From Callorhinchus milii (Eukaryota): a stretch of DNA of 64,000 nucleotides. The number at the start of each line of letters is the position of its first letter. Position 1 is the stretch's first letter. Of this stretch, positions 26,086-38,069 are shown in pieces. The notes beneath the pieces were generated by a model. That model worked only from the letters and a program-made list of their open reading frames with translations, was not told the origin of the DNA and searched no databases. Made by a program: the position numbers and the translations under genes. The stretch covers positions 11,286,001 to 11,350,000 of the forward strand of contig NW_024704743.1 of assembly GCF_018977255.1 (NCBI RefSeq), in the 5' to 3' direction.

Positions 26086-26997
26086 CCAAAGATTTTCAGA
26101 AGGTGACTAAATGGCTTATTGACCGCTTAAAAGACCTAGGATACACTTTTCATTTAAATCTCTCGATAGATCACAAAGATCTTCATCCACAGCATTTAGC
26201 ACGAGGCAAGGTTAAAATGCCATTCTTCAACAATCATACACAGGGGGCAAGTGTCATTAACACCTGTTTAGGCGGCACTTCACTCACTGAGGGACTGAAG
26301 CTGAATTGGTCAGGAAGCAAGTTTCTTCTAAATATATACAAAAAAATTTGCAATATTTATCAGAGGCTAGAAAAATCCCTTCGGAAATATTGCCTCAGAT
26401 GTCTCGCAGGAAAGATAGAAGGACCACTGACATGCAAAATGCTCATTTTCCTTCTTTCTTTCTCCATGGAATTCTAATCTGAAACCTCTCCTTCTCACCC
26501 TCCTCCCTCCCCACTTTCAAAGTTTGCTTTATGTCTGTTCTTTTCAAAGACTGCGAATTTTGGTCACGTTTCTTACTTTCACCGTTCCCCTCGACCCCAT
26601 CCACCCTCAACTCAGAATCAATGAAGCAGTTTGAGAAATTCTCCAGTTGCAAAAGTCACTGCAGTAATATTATAAATGTAAAAATCGTTGCTTCTGTAGT
26701 AGGGAATGTGTGGGGAGAGGGGCAGAGAGGGAGGAAGAGAACCATAAACAATGACAGCACATCACAAGTCTATTCAACCCGTCGCTGCTGTGCTTTGCTG
26801 TGGGGGGCAAGGGAGTGAGATGGAAATATCTTTGGGAACAAAAAGAAAGCTGCTGGCAAAAACCTATGAGTTTGCAAAACGTGTTAATATTAGGGCTGTT
26901 GTAATACTTTCTCACTGACGCAGAAACTGCGATGGCAGGATTTCCAGCACGTACACACCAACCACTCTTCCCGTCTTGCGTAGTATCTTCCTTCAAC

Positions 26998-27322
26998 GAC
27001 AGACAGACAGAGAGACAAACAGAGACAGACAGACAAACAGAGAGACAGATAGACAGAGACAAACAGAGAGAGACAGACAGACAGAGAGAGACAAACAGAG
27101 AGAGACAGACAGAGAGAGACAGACAGACAAACAGAGAGAGACAAACAGAGAGAGACAGACAGACAAACAGAGAGAGACAGACAAACAGAGACAAACAGAG
27201 AGAGATAGACAGAGAGACAAACAGAGAGAGACAGACAGACAGAGAGGGACACACACAGACAGAGACTGACTGACAGAGAAAGAGACTGACAGAGAGACAC
27301 AAAGACAGACTGACAGAGAGAC
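26998..27322. repeat. Compound (GACA/GA/AACA)n microsatellite
   Basis: Directly visible. It is the source of the spurious RQTER/SLCLS ORFs. Confidence 0.97.
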
Positions 27323-27848
27323 GCATACACAGAAAACGACAACACACAACAGTTTTACAAGCCAATATATAAAAAAATCTTATTTGAGGAGTGGAGTAGG
27401 GGAGAGGAGGAGTAAGGGAAGAATTAAAAATAATAATTAAAAAACTGTCAACTAAAATGTTTTCCCCTTCTCTCTGTCTCTCAGCAAACAGCAGTGACAG
27501 CAGTCAGGACCGAGTTAGTTGCCATCGCATCCGAGTGATTTAGATGCAAAAACTTTCGTTTTCCCATCGCTGCCCTCTTTATTAATATACACTCTGTGGA
27601 ATAAGTATAATTCGCGTTCTCTCGAATGGTATTCCAGTAGCTGTCAGTGTAATTGGGTCAAGGTCAGGTGAGGGGAAGCGAAGAAACGCGACTGTAAAAC
27701 GCTCCGCAATGCGGAGATATGAGCAAATGCAGTAAGTCAGACACTTCCTTCCTTTCGGGAATGGAGAGAACGACAAAGAGATAAGTTTTTATCATTCATT
27801 CTGTTAAAACAAACTGCATTGGGTGTTCTTAAGAAAAAAATTGGTCTA

Positions 27849-27917
27849 TATTTTGTTATAAAATGCTATTTTGTTATGAAATGCTATTTTGTTATAAAAT
27901 GCTATTTTGTTATAAAA
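27849..27917. repeat. 18-bp tandem repeat, ~3.8 copies
   Basis: Unit TATTTTGTTATAAAATGC, ~55 bp into PFKP intron 1. Confidence 0.95.
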
Positions 27918-27929
27918 CGTATGCACAAA

Positions 27930-28488
27930 ACTACAGGAACCCCCACCAGCAGCGCTATAGCCTCCGCTTACCCTGAGCATCCCCTCCGCTGGTCAGGACG
28001 CCGATGGCTTTACCGGCCCCGTTCAGGTTTTCGAACAATTTCCTTGGAGAGTGTTGAGCCATAGTGTGAGGGCTGTTCGTGTGGGGAGTTTTTTTCTCTG
28101 AAATGAAAGTGTAAATGACGGTGGCGCTGATGCGGCGGCGGCTGTCGTGCCCTCTCGGTGTCTTCCTCTCGCGCTTTTGAACGCTGCAGCTCCGCGCAGC
28201 TCAACCCAACGTGACTGAAGACGGCCCCGCGCTGCCCGCCCCCTCCATTGTCACGTCACTCACCGGCCGACTGACAGCCGCACCAGGCAATGGCGGTCCC
28301 ACCGCCTCACTGAATCCAACCAATCAGGAGGCGGGGAGTGGAGGGGGCGGGACAAACTTACGTTTGGTTGCGACGGCGGCTGTCGCCTTTGATCCTCTTC
28401 AGATGCTGCGGCATTAAGGAGCGGAGAGGTGGGCGATGCGGTCGGATTGGGCGGCTTCACGCCCAATTGGGCGTTTTTTGTCGTACTG
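27930..28488 (-). promoter_or_regulatory. CpG-island promoter and 5'UTR of PFKP
   Basis: Dense CpG in an otherwise CpG-poor window. GC boxes at ~28235 (CCCGCCCC) and ~28343 (GGGGGCGGGAC). CCAAT boxes at 28320 (CCAATC), 28445 (GATTGG) and ~28463. CRE-like TCACGTCA at 28251 and ACGTG at 28209. No obvious TATA box. Confidence 0.85.
27972..28062 (-). CDS. PFKP: 6-phosphofructokinase (platelet-type-like), coding exon 1
   Basis: Minus strand ATG at 28062 reads MAQHSPRKLFENLNGAGKAIGVLTSGGDAQ+G (91 nt, phase 1) and ends at donor CAGG|GTAAGC. GKAIGVLTSGGDAQG is the PFK N-terminal motif. The upstream segment resembles PFKP (human RKFLEHLSGAGKAIG). Missed by the ORF track. Confidence 0.95.
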
Positions 28489-28489
28489 C

Positions 28490-28852
28490 AATAATAATCC
28501 TTGCATTTGTTATAGCGCCTTATCACGTCTTTGAGAAGTCTCAAAAGCCTTCACAGAATTTACTGTAAAGTGAATATATTTGAATATATGACTGTATGTT
28601 TTGATGGCAGAACACGGCAGCCATAGCACATAGCAGTGTCCCACAAACAGTTGTGGATTGAGTGACGAATTTTTTTAAGCATTATTACCCCCAGAAAAGT
28701 GACCAATTGACTAACAACTGGGTTCCTACTTACTGCTCGATAAACAGAGGCGTATGAAGCAAGCAAACTTGCCCAACATTTCGCCCTGTCAGGAATCGAA
28801 CCCAGGTCTCTTGCTTGCGTGTGCTCTAACCACTGAGCAACAGGACTCCCAC
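28490..28852 (-). mobile_element. SINE family A, full length
   Basis: Head at 28852, tail at 28490 abutting the promoter CpG island. Confidence 0.88.
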
Positions 28853-29532
28853 AGCATAGCCCACATACAATACTGTATGTGAAAAACGGTGCCAATTTTT
28901 ATATTTTTAATTTAAAATTGCACAAACTGCAAAATGTTTTTTTTCTCCCTTTTATGAAAGAAAAAGTTTCAAACGGCACTCTTGCTAACCCATAGGAGGC
29001 AAGGTTTAAACTTTGGGGCCTGTATTTGGGCTACAAACAAATTTTAATTTCTGGCAACTTTGCAGGCAAGAGGTGAGGCTTTTGCAAGGAACGAGGAAGG
29101 TACAGGTCAACAACTTATCTTCTGCTCAAACAATGTCTTTTTTAATGCAATTTTCGAGGCAAATGCAGAACATTGCTAAAACTTTGCTGCTAGTGGCCTC
29201 CAGTGTACTGCAAGCTCTGCAAGCTTTTTATTTATTTGGATCAATCAGGAGCAACACATGTCACACTGGGGGACAAGCTGCAGCACTTTTTGCTGTGGAA
29301 GTCTCTCTGTCCACCTGCTTCAAACAAATAAAACGTATAAAAATGAAGAATGCTGCACAAGCCCCAAGTGCATACTATGTTTAAACAAGCAGCAGACAAC
29401 AGCTTTGTGTGTTATAATTGGTTAAGTGCTTGAGTTTTAATACCTGAGGTTTGGGGGTCCATTTATGTCTCTCTGACAAGATCTGCAGTTAAATTGCTGA
29501 TTTTAGATTGCAGGGATACTTGGGCACTGTAC

Positions 29533-29853
29533 ATGGAGTCCTTTGCATATTGGTTAGAGCACTCGCCTCGCACATGAGAGGACCCAGGTTCAATTCCCCA
29601 ATAGAGCGAGGCCTTACGCAAGTTTCCTTATTCCACATGCCTCTGTTTACCGAGCAGTAAGTAAGAACCTTGTTGTCTGTCAATTGGTGCATTGCTTTCA
29701 GGGGGTAATAATCCCCTCTCCCCTCAAAATAATAATAATTTGGTCACTCAATCCACGACTGTTTATGGGACACTGCACAATTGACTGCCGTGTTTTGCCC
29801 ACACAATACATAGTCAATTCACTTCACAGAAAAAANTGTAAAGATTATTATTA
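29533..29853 (+). mobile_element. SINE family A, diverged
   Basis: TGGAGTCC..GGTTAGAGCACTCGCC..GGTTCAATTCCC head and body, partially deleted tail. Confidence 0.8.
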
Positions 29854-29911
29854 TGAGAAAGTTAATCAAATGTACAATCTGTAATTAGTTGCAGAATAAG
29901 AATACATCATG

Positions 29912-30335
29912 AAAAGAAGACTCCAGGGAGACCTTATTGAAATATCCAAAGTTGTAAAAAACAATGCCAATAATGTGTTTGCATGCTCAGATATCTAGAA
30001 AAAGGGTACACACACTCAAGGTCAGAAAAGAAAACGTGAACAGATACTTCAGATGTCATTATTTTACACAGAGAGTGCTGAATATGTAGAATAGATTATC
30101 CGGTAATTACCAAATTGTGGTACCAGATTGTGTCAGAAAATTCAAGTGAATTAGATAGATATTGAGGGTTATGAAAGATAAAATAGTGTGTTTTTTTTGT
30201 TCCCCTTATGAGACTCGTCAAAGACATTCTTCTTTTGCTTCTGTACATTCCTATGTCCCTCCAAGGACAACACAATAGAGGGGCACACAGGAGATTTACG
30301 AACATGATAGTAAGGATGAATAGCTTGGCCTACGA
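29912..30335 (+). mobile_element. Old CR1 3' fragment
   Basis: KRRLQGDLIEISKV and FTQRVLN-like remnants. Confidence 0.55.
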
Positions 30336-30399
30336 GCAGAGACTGGAGGTTCCACAAACAGCTATGAGGTAAATGATCAATTTATCTGGAAAAGCATTG

Positions 30400-30630
30400 A
30401 CTAGGACACCAAAATAAACTTACTTCTCTTTTCAAATAATGTTATGGAATCTTTAATATTAACCTGAACAAGCAGGTGTGACCTCCATCTTAATATCTTA
30501 TCTGAAATATCTTTGATAATAATTCCCCAGTACTGCATCATCCAGTCTATGAGCTTGATTCCTGACATAGGGGTTGAACCTGCAATCTCCTAACTCAGGA
30601 AGCAAGAGTGCTATCATCTGAGCCAAGCTA
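30400..30630 (-). mobile_element. Deu-domain SINE (family B), diverged
   Basis: Reverse complement gives head (GGCTCAGATGATAGCACTCTTGC..GAGTTAG..GGTTCAA) and Deu core. Confidence 0.55.
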
Positions 30631-32519
30631 AGAAAAATAGTATGAAAAAATAGCACTAATTCACCTACAAAATACACCATCACTACACTATAATATATTT
30701 TGTAAGATGCTTTGAGATGTCCTCCTGGTATTAAAGGCAATGATTATTAATTATGTTAATTTAAATGCGTCAGGAGTAACACGATCTGATTCAATTGCAA
30801 TTTAAAGTTGGAGCGATGGTTTATTACTGCATAAGCAAAATGTTTTAAGATATAGTATATCTCCCCTAACAATTGTCTACATTTTTCTTTTTGGTTCATT
30901 AAGTACTAGTTAAATGCCACAGTGTTCGAAAATGAGGAGTTGTCTTTTTTTTACATGCACATTTCAAATTACCCATGACTGCAAAACATTGACAACTGGC
31001 AATTGCATGTTCAAAAGAACAGCACTGAATATATTCCCATGCATTGTTTAGATAGGTTAGCTCAGAATTGCTAGTCTCCAGAAACCAACCTCCAAAGGAG
31101 ATTTTTATACCATACTTCAAGGTCCATCTCAAGACTATCCTCTTTGATCACCTTTTCGTCATTGGTCTGTGTACTATTTTTCTTACTCAGGATGGCTCAT
31201 ACTCTTGCCTCCTGGGTTAGCAATCTCCCCACCCGCCTTGGTCTCCACACCCAGTTCGGGTGGCAAGCCAGGATTGTTTTTGTTCGTCCGATGTGAATGA
31301 TGCTATATAAATGTAAATTTGTAAAACTCTCCTGTGACTCTTTGAGATGTTCCTACTTGTGCAAAGGATCCAAACAGATAATCCCCAGATAATTTAAAAC
31401 ACAACAATTGCCTCTGAGATCCTCACCAGATTTTGACCTTGGAGAGTTTTTGTTTTCTTTTATCCTGCTCAACGTGACTATGTCAACGTGACTATGCACT
31501 CCCTACTCCTCAGGTGCTGACAGACATTTACATGTCCTTCATAAAATATGAATGTGACTACCAGAGAGTCCAGCTGTCAAATACAAAGCTGCTGGTTACA
31601 ATGTTGCTTACAGGGAATTGTGATCACTCTGAGAACATCTAAGTGCCAATTGTTTGCTAGAAGAAAAAATGTTGGTCAAGCCACAATTCTTTGTGAGACA
31701 CTGCTGTGTGCAATTGGCTGCTGGGTTTTGCCACAAAATATAGTTAATTCACTTCATAGTATATTCTGTGAAGTGGTCAATGACATGATAAGACGCTATA
31801 TCAAGTGCAATGATTATTATTATTATTATCTGCTCTCTATCTGCCTCTTCGCCTATGAAATCAGATTTCATAATAAAAGAGATTATTTTAAAATGTGTTT
31901 CCTCCAATTGTATTAAAAAAGCAGAACAGCATTAACACACATCGGTTAGCAAGGCAAGTGATCAATGAACCATAAGAACACATTCAACTGAGACGAGCTA
32001 TTAGCAAGTCCTTCCTGAACAAATATTTAGTTAATAGCCAAAATGAAGCGAAAGTCCATATAAAGTGCACCCAGTGCCAATTTTATTATCTATAAAGGAA
32101 GCAGCATAACATCATCAAATTACTCTATTAAACTTTTCATACCTACTGTAAATTAATTATGGCAGGTTTATTATGCATTAATTATCTTATTAAAATGTTA
32201 AAAGTATTTAACTATTAAGGAATTGATTCTCAGATCACCAGTAAATTCACAAACATTGAAGAAGGAGCATCTTTGATTCTCCACTGGTTCTTACATTTAC
32301 TAACCTTGGTGGTGTGACCTTGAAATGGAAAATATGCTTACAAATGGAAAATTACCTTATAATTGGGTAATCCTATTACATTCCATTATATACCCACAAG
32401 ACTGAAGTCAAGGTCAATATATTTAGCAACAATCAGAAAATCACTCACTGCAACTTATGATCGCTTCAAACCCGTATAACTGCTGTTACCGGTAGAACTA
32501 CTAAACTATAGCACTCTTA

Positions 32520-32980
32520 ACACTCTTGTTTGACCCATAACTGTCCTTCAAACCACACATCCGTGCCATGACCTGTTCTGCCTTCACCCAGCTCTGCCAC
32601 TGTCTTTCCCTTCAGGCCGCCGAGACCCTCATCCACACATTCATTACATCCAAGTTCAATTGTACCAATCCCATGCTTGTCAGTCTTTCCAACAATTCTC
32701 TCCACAAGGTACAGATTATTCAGAACTCTGCAGCTTGTGTCTTCTCGTACATCCAGCTTCGCGAAGCTATCTCACCCACATCCAGCTCCACTGGCACCCC
32801 ATTGCCCCAGAGTATAAAGTTCAAAATCCTTCTCATTTTCAAAGCCCCCCACAGCCTTGATCCTCCCTACCTCTGTAAACATACCAACCTGCCCGTTGCT
32901 CTGCTCAGTGAGCTCTGGCCTGCTCAATGCCCTCCCAATGTAAAAGATGCTATACAAATGTAATTTGTTGTTATTGTTTG
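32520..32980 (+). mobile_element. L2 3' fragment
   Basis: AAETLIHTFITSK..QIIQNSAA..IKFKILL, then an L2 tail. Confidence 0.8.
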
Positions 32981-33117
32981 TTAAAACTGTAAATCTTCTT
33001 TGCATTTGGAGAATCCTCCGTGCCCTCCTGATGTAAAAGATGCTATACAAATGTAATTTGTTGTTGTTATTGTTTTGTTAAAACTGTAACTCTTCTTTGC
33101 ATTTGAAGAAGTCCCTC
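32928..33117. repeat. ~93-bp tandem duplication spanning an L2 tail and its flank
   Basis: TGCCCTCC..ATGTAAAAGATGCTATACAAATGTAATTTGTTGTT..GTTAAAACTGTAA.TCTTCTTTGCATTTG occurs twice (starts 32928 and 33021). Confidence 0.9.
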
Positions 33118-33557
33118 AGATTTTTCTGGTGACTAAGTTTATTGAGGCCATAGAAACAAAAGGAATGTACAGGACTGGAATAGACCAATCAATACAGTTC
33201 CAAAATAAAAAAAAGTAAATGCCAAACTACTCTCTCAAACTGCAATTAATTTACAACAACAACTTGCATTTACATAGTGCCTTTCATGCGGGATAGTGTC
33301 CCGGAGCACTTGACAGTGATGGAATGTGACCTCGAGCCAGAGGAAGAGGGAGTGGGGAGGTAAGCATGATTAAAAAGGAAGGTCTTCAGGTGGGATTTGA
33401 AAGTGGGGAGGGAGGGGGCAAGGTGGAGGAAATATTTATTTATAATAATATAGTAAACTTTGTGTTTGATATAAAGTCACATCATCACAATATCTCAAGG
33501 CATTTCACAGGATGCACTATAAAGTGGTATGACTGTGCGTATTTTGTGGGTGAACAT

Positions 33558-36420
33558 GGCAACAACAACAACAACTTGGATTTATATAGCGCCCTCCATG
33601 CCGGACAGCGTCTCAGAGTGCTTCACAGTAACGGATCCCGGGGCCAAGCCAGGGGGAGGGGGAGGAAGGTGACCAAAGGCGCGGTCGAAAAGAAAGCTCT
33701 TCAGCCAAGACCTGAAAATAGGAAAAGAGGGGTCGAGGTGAAGGGAGTGAGGAAGGGAGTTCCAGAGCCTCGGGCCATAGTGGCTGAAGGCACGGCCACC
33801 GATGGTAGAGCAGAGGATTCGGGGGACAAAGAGGAGGCCAGACCAGGTGGAGCAAAGGCATCAGGCGCTGTTCTGAGGAGAGAGGAGGTCAGAGAGGCAG
33901 GGGGGTGCAGAGGAGTGGAGGGATTTGAAGTCGATCCTCTCTGGTACAGGCAGCCAGTGCAGTCTGGCAAGGACTGGGGTAATCGGGGAGTGGAGTTTGG
34001 TGCGGATAAGAATGCGGGTGGCAGAGTTTTGAATGACCTGGATTTTATGAATGGTAGTGGAGTGGAGACCGGTGAGGAGGGCATTTGAATAGTCCAGCCG
34101 GGAGGTGACAAAGGCATGGACCAGGGTTTCAGAGTTTTTGGAGTGAGGTATTGTCAGAGATGGGTGATGCGTCAGAGGTGGAAGGAAGCGGTGGTGGTGA
34201 GGGACCAAATGGGGGGGAGGAAGGGGGTCAAACCTGACGCCTAGGTTGCGTACAAGTTCAGAGAGTTTTAAGGGGAGGTTGGGTAGGTGGAGGAGGTGAG
34301 AACCATGCAATTTTAGATGTTGACGAGAGCTAAAGAGTATGGCTTCCATCTTGTCAACATTTAGCTGAAGCAAATTTGCGCTCATCCAGCTCCTGATGTC
34401 TCACAGGCAGGCTGACAGAACATCAGGGGACTGGGGGTCGCAAAGAGAGGTGGAAAAATAGAGTTGGGTGTCGTCCGCATATAAGTGGAAGTGTACCCTA
34501 TGTCTGCGAATGACATCCCCAAGAGGGAGCATATAGATTAGGAAGAGGAGGGGCCAAGGATGGATTCTTGGGGTACCCCGCAGGCTGAGAGCGGGAGGAA
34601 AAGCCGTTTGTACAAATGTACTGCTGGCCATTCATGAGGAAGGACTCGAACCAGGCGAGTGCGGTCCCACTGAGGTGGATGACGGAGGAAAGGGGGTGGA
34701 GGAGGATGGTGTGATCGACTGTGTCGAAAGCGGTGGAGAGATCCAGGAGGACAAGGAGGCAGAGGGAGCCCTGGTCACAGATAGAGAGGATGTCATTTGA
34801 GACTTTCACAAGTGCGGTCTCTGTACTGTGGGCAGGGCAGAAACCAGACTGGAGGAGTTCGAAGAGGGAGTGGGAGGAGAGGTGTGCGCAGAGTTGATTG
34901 ACAACAACGCGTTCTAAGACTTTGACAAGGAAGGGCAAGTTTGAAATAGGGTGGTAGTGGCTGGGGTTTGAGGAATCTCGGGAGGGTTTTTTGAGGAGGG
35001 GGGTGATGACAGCAGTTTTGAGGGGGGCTGGGACTGATCCAGAGGAGAGGGATTGGTTGATGACATCAGCCAGTAGTGGGCAGAGGATGGGGAGCTAGGT
35101 GACCAGCAAGTTGGTGGGGAGGGGTCAAGGCAGCAGATGGTGGGTTTAATTGAAGTGATGGTAGGTGAGAGGGAGGAAGGAGAGATGGGGAGCAAGGAAT
35201 GTAGGATGGGGGTCATGGTAGAAGCTCATGAGAGGGTGAGAGGGACAGAGAGGGGGTGGTGGTGGGTGACAAGAGGCAGGAGGATGAGGCTGCCTGGCGG
35301 ATATTATGTATTTTGGTTGAAAAGAAGTTCATGACCTCCTCGCACTTGGCATTAGATGTGAAGATTGAGGAGGCCTGAGCAGTGAGGAGAAGGTAGTGGG
35401 TGATGGAGAAAAGGACTTTGGGATTTTTTTTACCTCCAAGATGATGTTGGAGTAGAAGACCATTCTCCCCCACGTCAAAGAACGGCTGTGGAGATGCTTG
35501 AGCCACAGTTGGTGGTGAACTGTCAGGCCAATTTTCTGCCATCTGCGCTCAAGCAGCCGGGTTTGGGTTTTTAGGGAGTGGAGATGATTGTTATACTGGG
35601 GGATCGGGAGGGTTTGGAGATGGTCCTGGATTTCGGGGGATGAGGGACTTGAAAGTGGAGGATAGGCAATCGTGGAGCAGCTGGATGGCTGCTTCAGGAT
35701 CTCTGCGGGCGAAAGGCCAGAGGGATAGGATGTTTGAGGACGAGAGGGCCTTTGTGAGGGACTCAGGGGGTAGCCTTTTCCATGGGTGGTAGAGTACGGT
35801 GGAGGAGAGAGGGATGTGAGAGGAAAAGGAGATGAGGAAGTGGTCCGAGATGGCCTTGTCCACTATGCTAAGTTTGGAAATGTCATGGCCATGGGTGATG
35901 ATGAGGTAGAGGGCATAGCCACGGTTGTGGGTCGGTGAATTAATATGAAGGGTAAGGTGTAGGGAGGAGAGGAGGGCAGTGAAGTCAGAAGAAGTGGTGC
36001 AAGGGGAGTTTAAATGGAGGTTGAAATTGCACATTATGAGCAGGTGTTCGGAGCAGAGGGACAGGGAGGAGAGGAGTAGAGATGTCAGAGAGGAAGGAGC
36101 CAGGGGGCTTAGAGGCATGGTAGATCAGAAGGATTTTCAGTGGGAGAGAGGGATGGAAGAGGGTGAGGTTCTCAAAGGAGAGGAAGCAGCCAAAGGAGTA
36201 AGGGGAAAGACCAAGGGAGGCTTTGGAGATGAGGGCCACCCCACCGCCACGTTGGGGGGTGTGATGGAAGGAGTAGCCTGGAGGGGCTACTCGACATTTA
36301 GAGTGGAGGGGGAGGCTTGGGTCGGGGCAGCAGCCAAAATGTGCACGCAGAGACCAGGAGTGAGCGATCAGCGGGACGGCATCAGCCCGCAGGCTATGTG
36401 GTCATGGCTGGGACGGCAGT
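33558..36420 (-). mobile_element. L2 LINE, near full-length decayed copy
   Basis: EN (MCNFNLH, PTH.RG, AISDHFLI) and RT (QSGFCPAHSTETAL, LLDLSTAFDTVDH, YADDTQLY, SRLDYSN, HWLP) motifs, (GTT)n tail, GC-rich 5' region. Confidence 0.92.
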
Positions 36421-36589
36421 GCCATTTTTCTTTTTTTTTTAATTATGACATCACGCCAACGTCACTTTTGGAAATTGGCGACCACCCCTCACCTCCCGCA
36501 CTCTTCTGACTCCACTCCCGAATGAGTGGCTCCTATCAAGCTAATGGTACATCAGTCTGGCTGAGTTGGCAACACTCGCACTCAATGGC

Positions 36590-37040
36590 AGTCAATTTGT
36601 ACATAGCAACGACTCACAAATAGCCATGGAGTGAGTGACCAACAATGAAGACTTACAATTATATAGCCCCCTTCACACGGAATACCATTTATTCTGTGCC
36701 TTTAACTGTTTAACTGACACTGAGCCAGGAAGTGGTGACCATAGGCATGGTCAAAGAGGATCTTCGAAGTTTTGGTATTTTTTATTTGGGGATTGTCAGC
36801 CAAGGCACTGGGAGAACTCCCTTCTCTTTTCAAATAGCGCAATGGGATATTTAACAACCACTGGACAGGCACACAGGACCTCAGTTTAACATTTTATCTG
36901 AAGGGCGGCATCCCTGACAATGCAGCATAGTCATAGCACTGCATTGTAGTGTCAGCATAGACTATATGGGTTGCAACTCTCAATGTGAACCCACAACCTT
37001 CTGACTCAATGCGAGTGTTGCCAACTGAGCCAGACTGATG
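36590..37040 (-). mobile_element. Deu-domain SINE with an internal L2 3' insert (~36640-36770)
   Basis: Head at ~37040, Deu core 36800-36960, 3' body 36590-36640. Confidence 0.7.
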
Positions 37041-37411
37041 TACCATTAGCTTGATGGTACATCAACAGGAGAATAGCTTAAATTTGATGACACAAATGTC
37101 TCCCTGACATCCAATCTTTCCAGAAGGCTAGCAGAATAGCAGAAACTGTTTTTTTGCTCGCAAGCACTGCTTTGGTGATAAATACATACATTTTTGAATG
37201 TTACAGGGCATAAATTTTCCTTTTATGTGGAGCCAATTATAAATTGGAAACTCTGAATATAATCCTACACATCAGTCTGAAGCCAATGAAAGTTATAATG
37301 TAACACAACAAAATGTCAGTAATGATGTCGCACTGTGTGTTTTCATTCTCACCTCTCAGAGGAGTAACGTCGATTACGGACTCAAACCTCATTCAGTTGT
37401 TAGAGCCTTGG

Positions 37412-37436
37412 NNNNNNNNNNNNNNNNNNNNNNNNN
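37412..37436. other. Assembly gap (25 N)
   Basis: Run of N. A single n also occurs at 29836. Confidence 1.
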
Positions 37437-38069
37437 TTTCTTCTCTTCAGTTACAAGGTACGAACTGTTACCCATTAGCTTTCTAAAAACCTTAAAATTT
37501 GTATCCACAAACGTATCAGTTTCTTCAGTTTTTCTATACTGAAGTATTTCCCAGAGGTGGATCCGCAGTGTTCCAGGGCACTGCTAATGATAGCACAGCT
37601 CAAGGGTAGGGAGTCATCCCAATCAGCTCACGATAACACTGCAAGCCAAAGCTCTAACAGGTAGGGTAGTCCTAACTTGACAAGCAGTGGAAAAGCTTGC
37701 CAGACAGTGATATGCAATTTTAGCTGAACAGACTCTAACAGTAGCCCAGCCACACTCCCCAAGTCTTAGAACCTGCATTTAATAAATTCAGGAATTAAAT
37801 AATCAGGATTTGTCCCTCCAGGGAGAGAGTGCACATTGCATTCCAACAATGTATCTCTGGGATGCATGGAATTCTCAGCTTGGTTTGGAAACTCCTAAGT
37901 ATGGTGATGGGTTTCTGCATGGGTCAGAAATCTGGCTGACCAAAAAAAAATTGCTCTCATAATGGTAAAAGTATGACTTTGTAATGGCTATTATCCTGCG
38001 TCTCAACTGCTCTGCAACAACAGCCTTGCTTATTTATCTCCCTCGACTACCTATCACATGAAATTCACA

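Noticed and set aside
26670..27365. 231-aa ORF and overlapping ORFs
   Set aside because: Translation of the GACA/GA microsatellite.
33366..34088. 240-aa ORF, the longest in the track
   Set aside because: Antisense read-through across L2 and SINE fragments.
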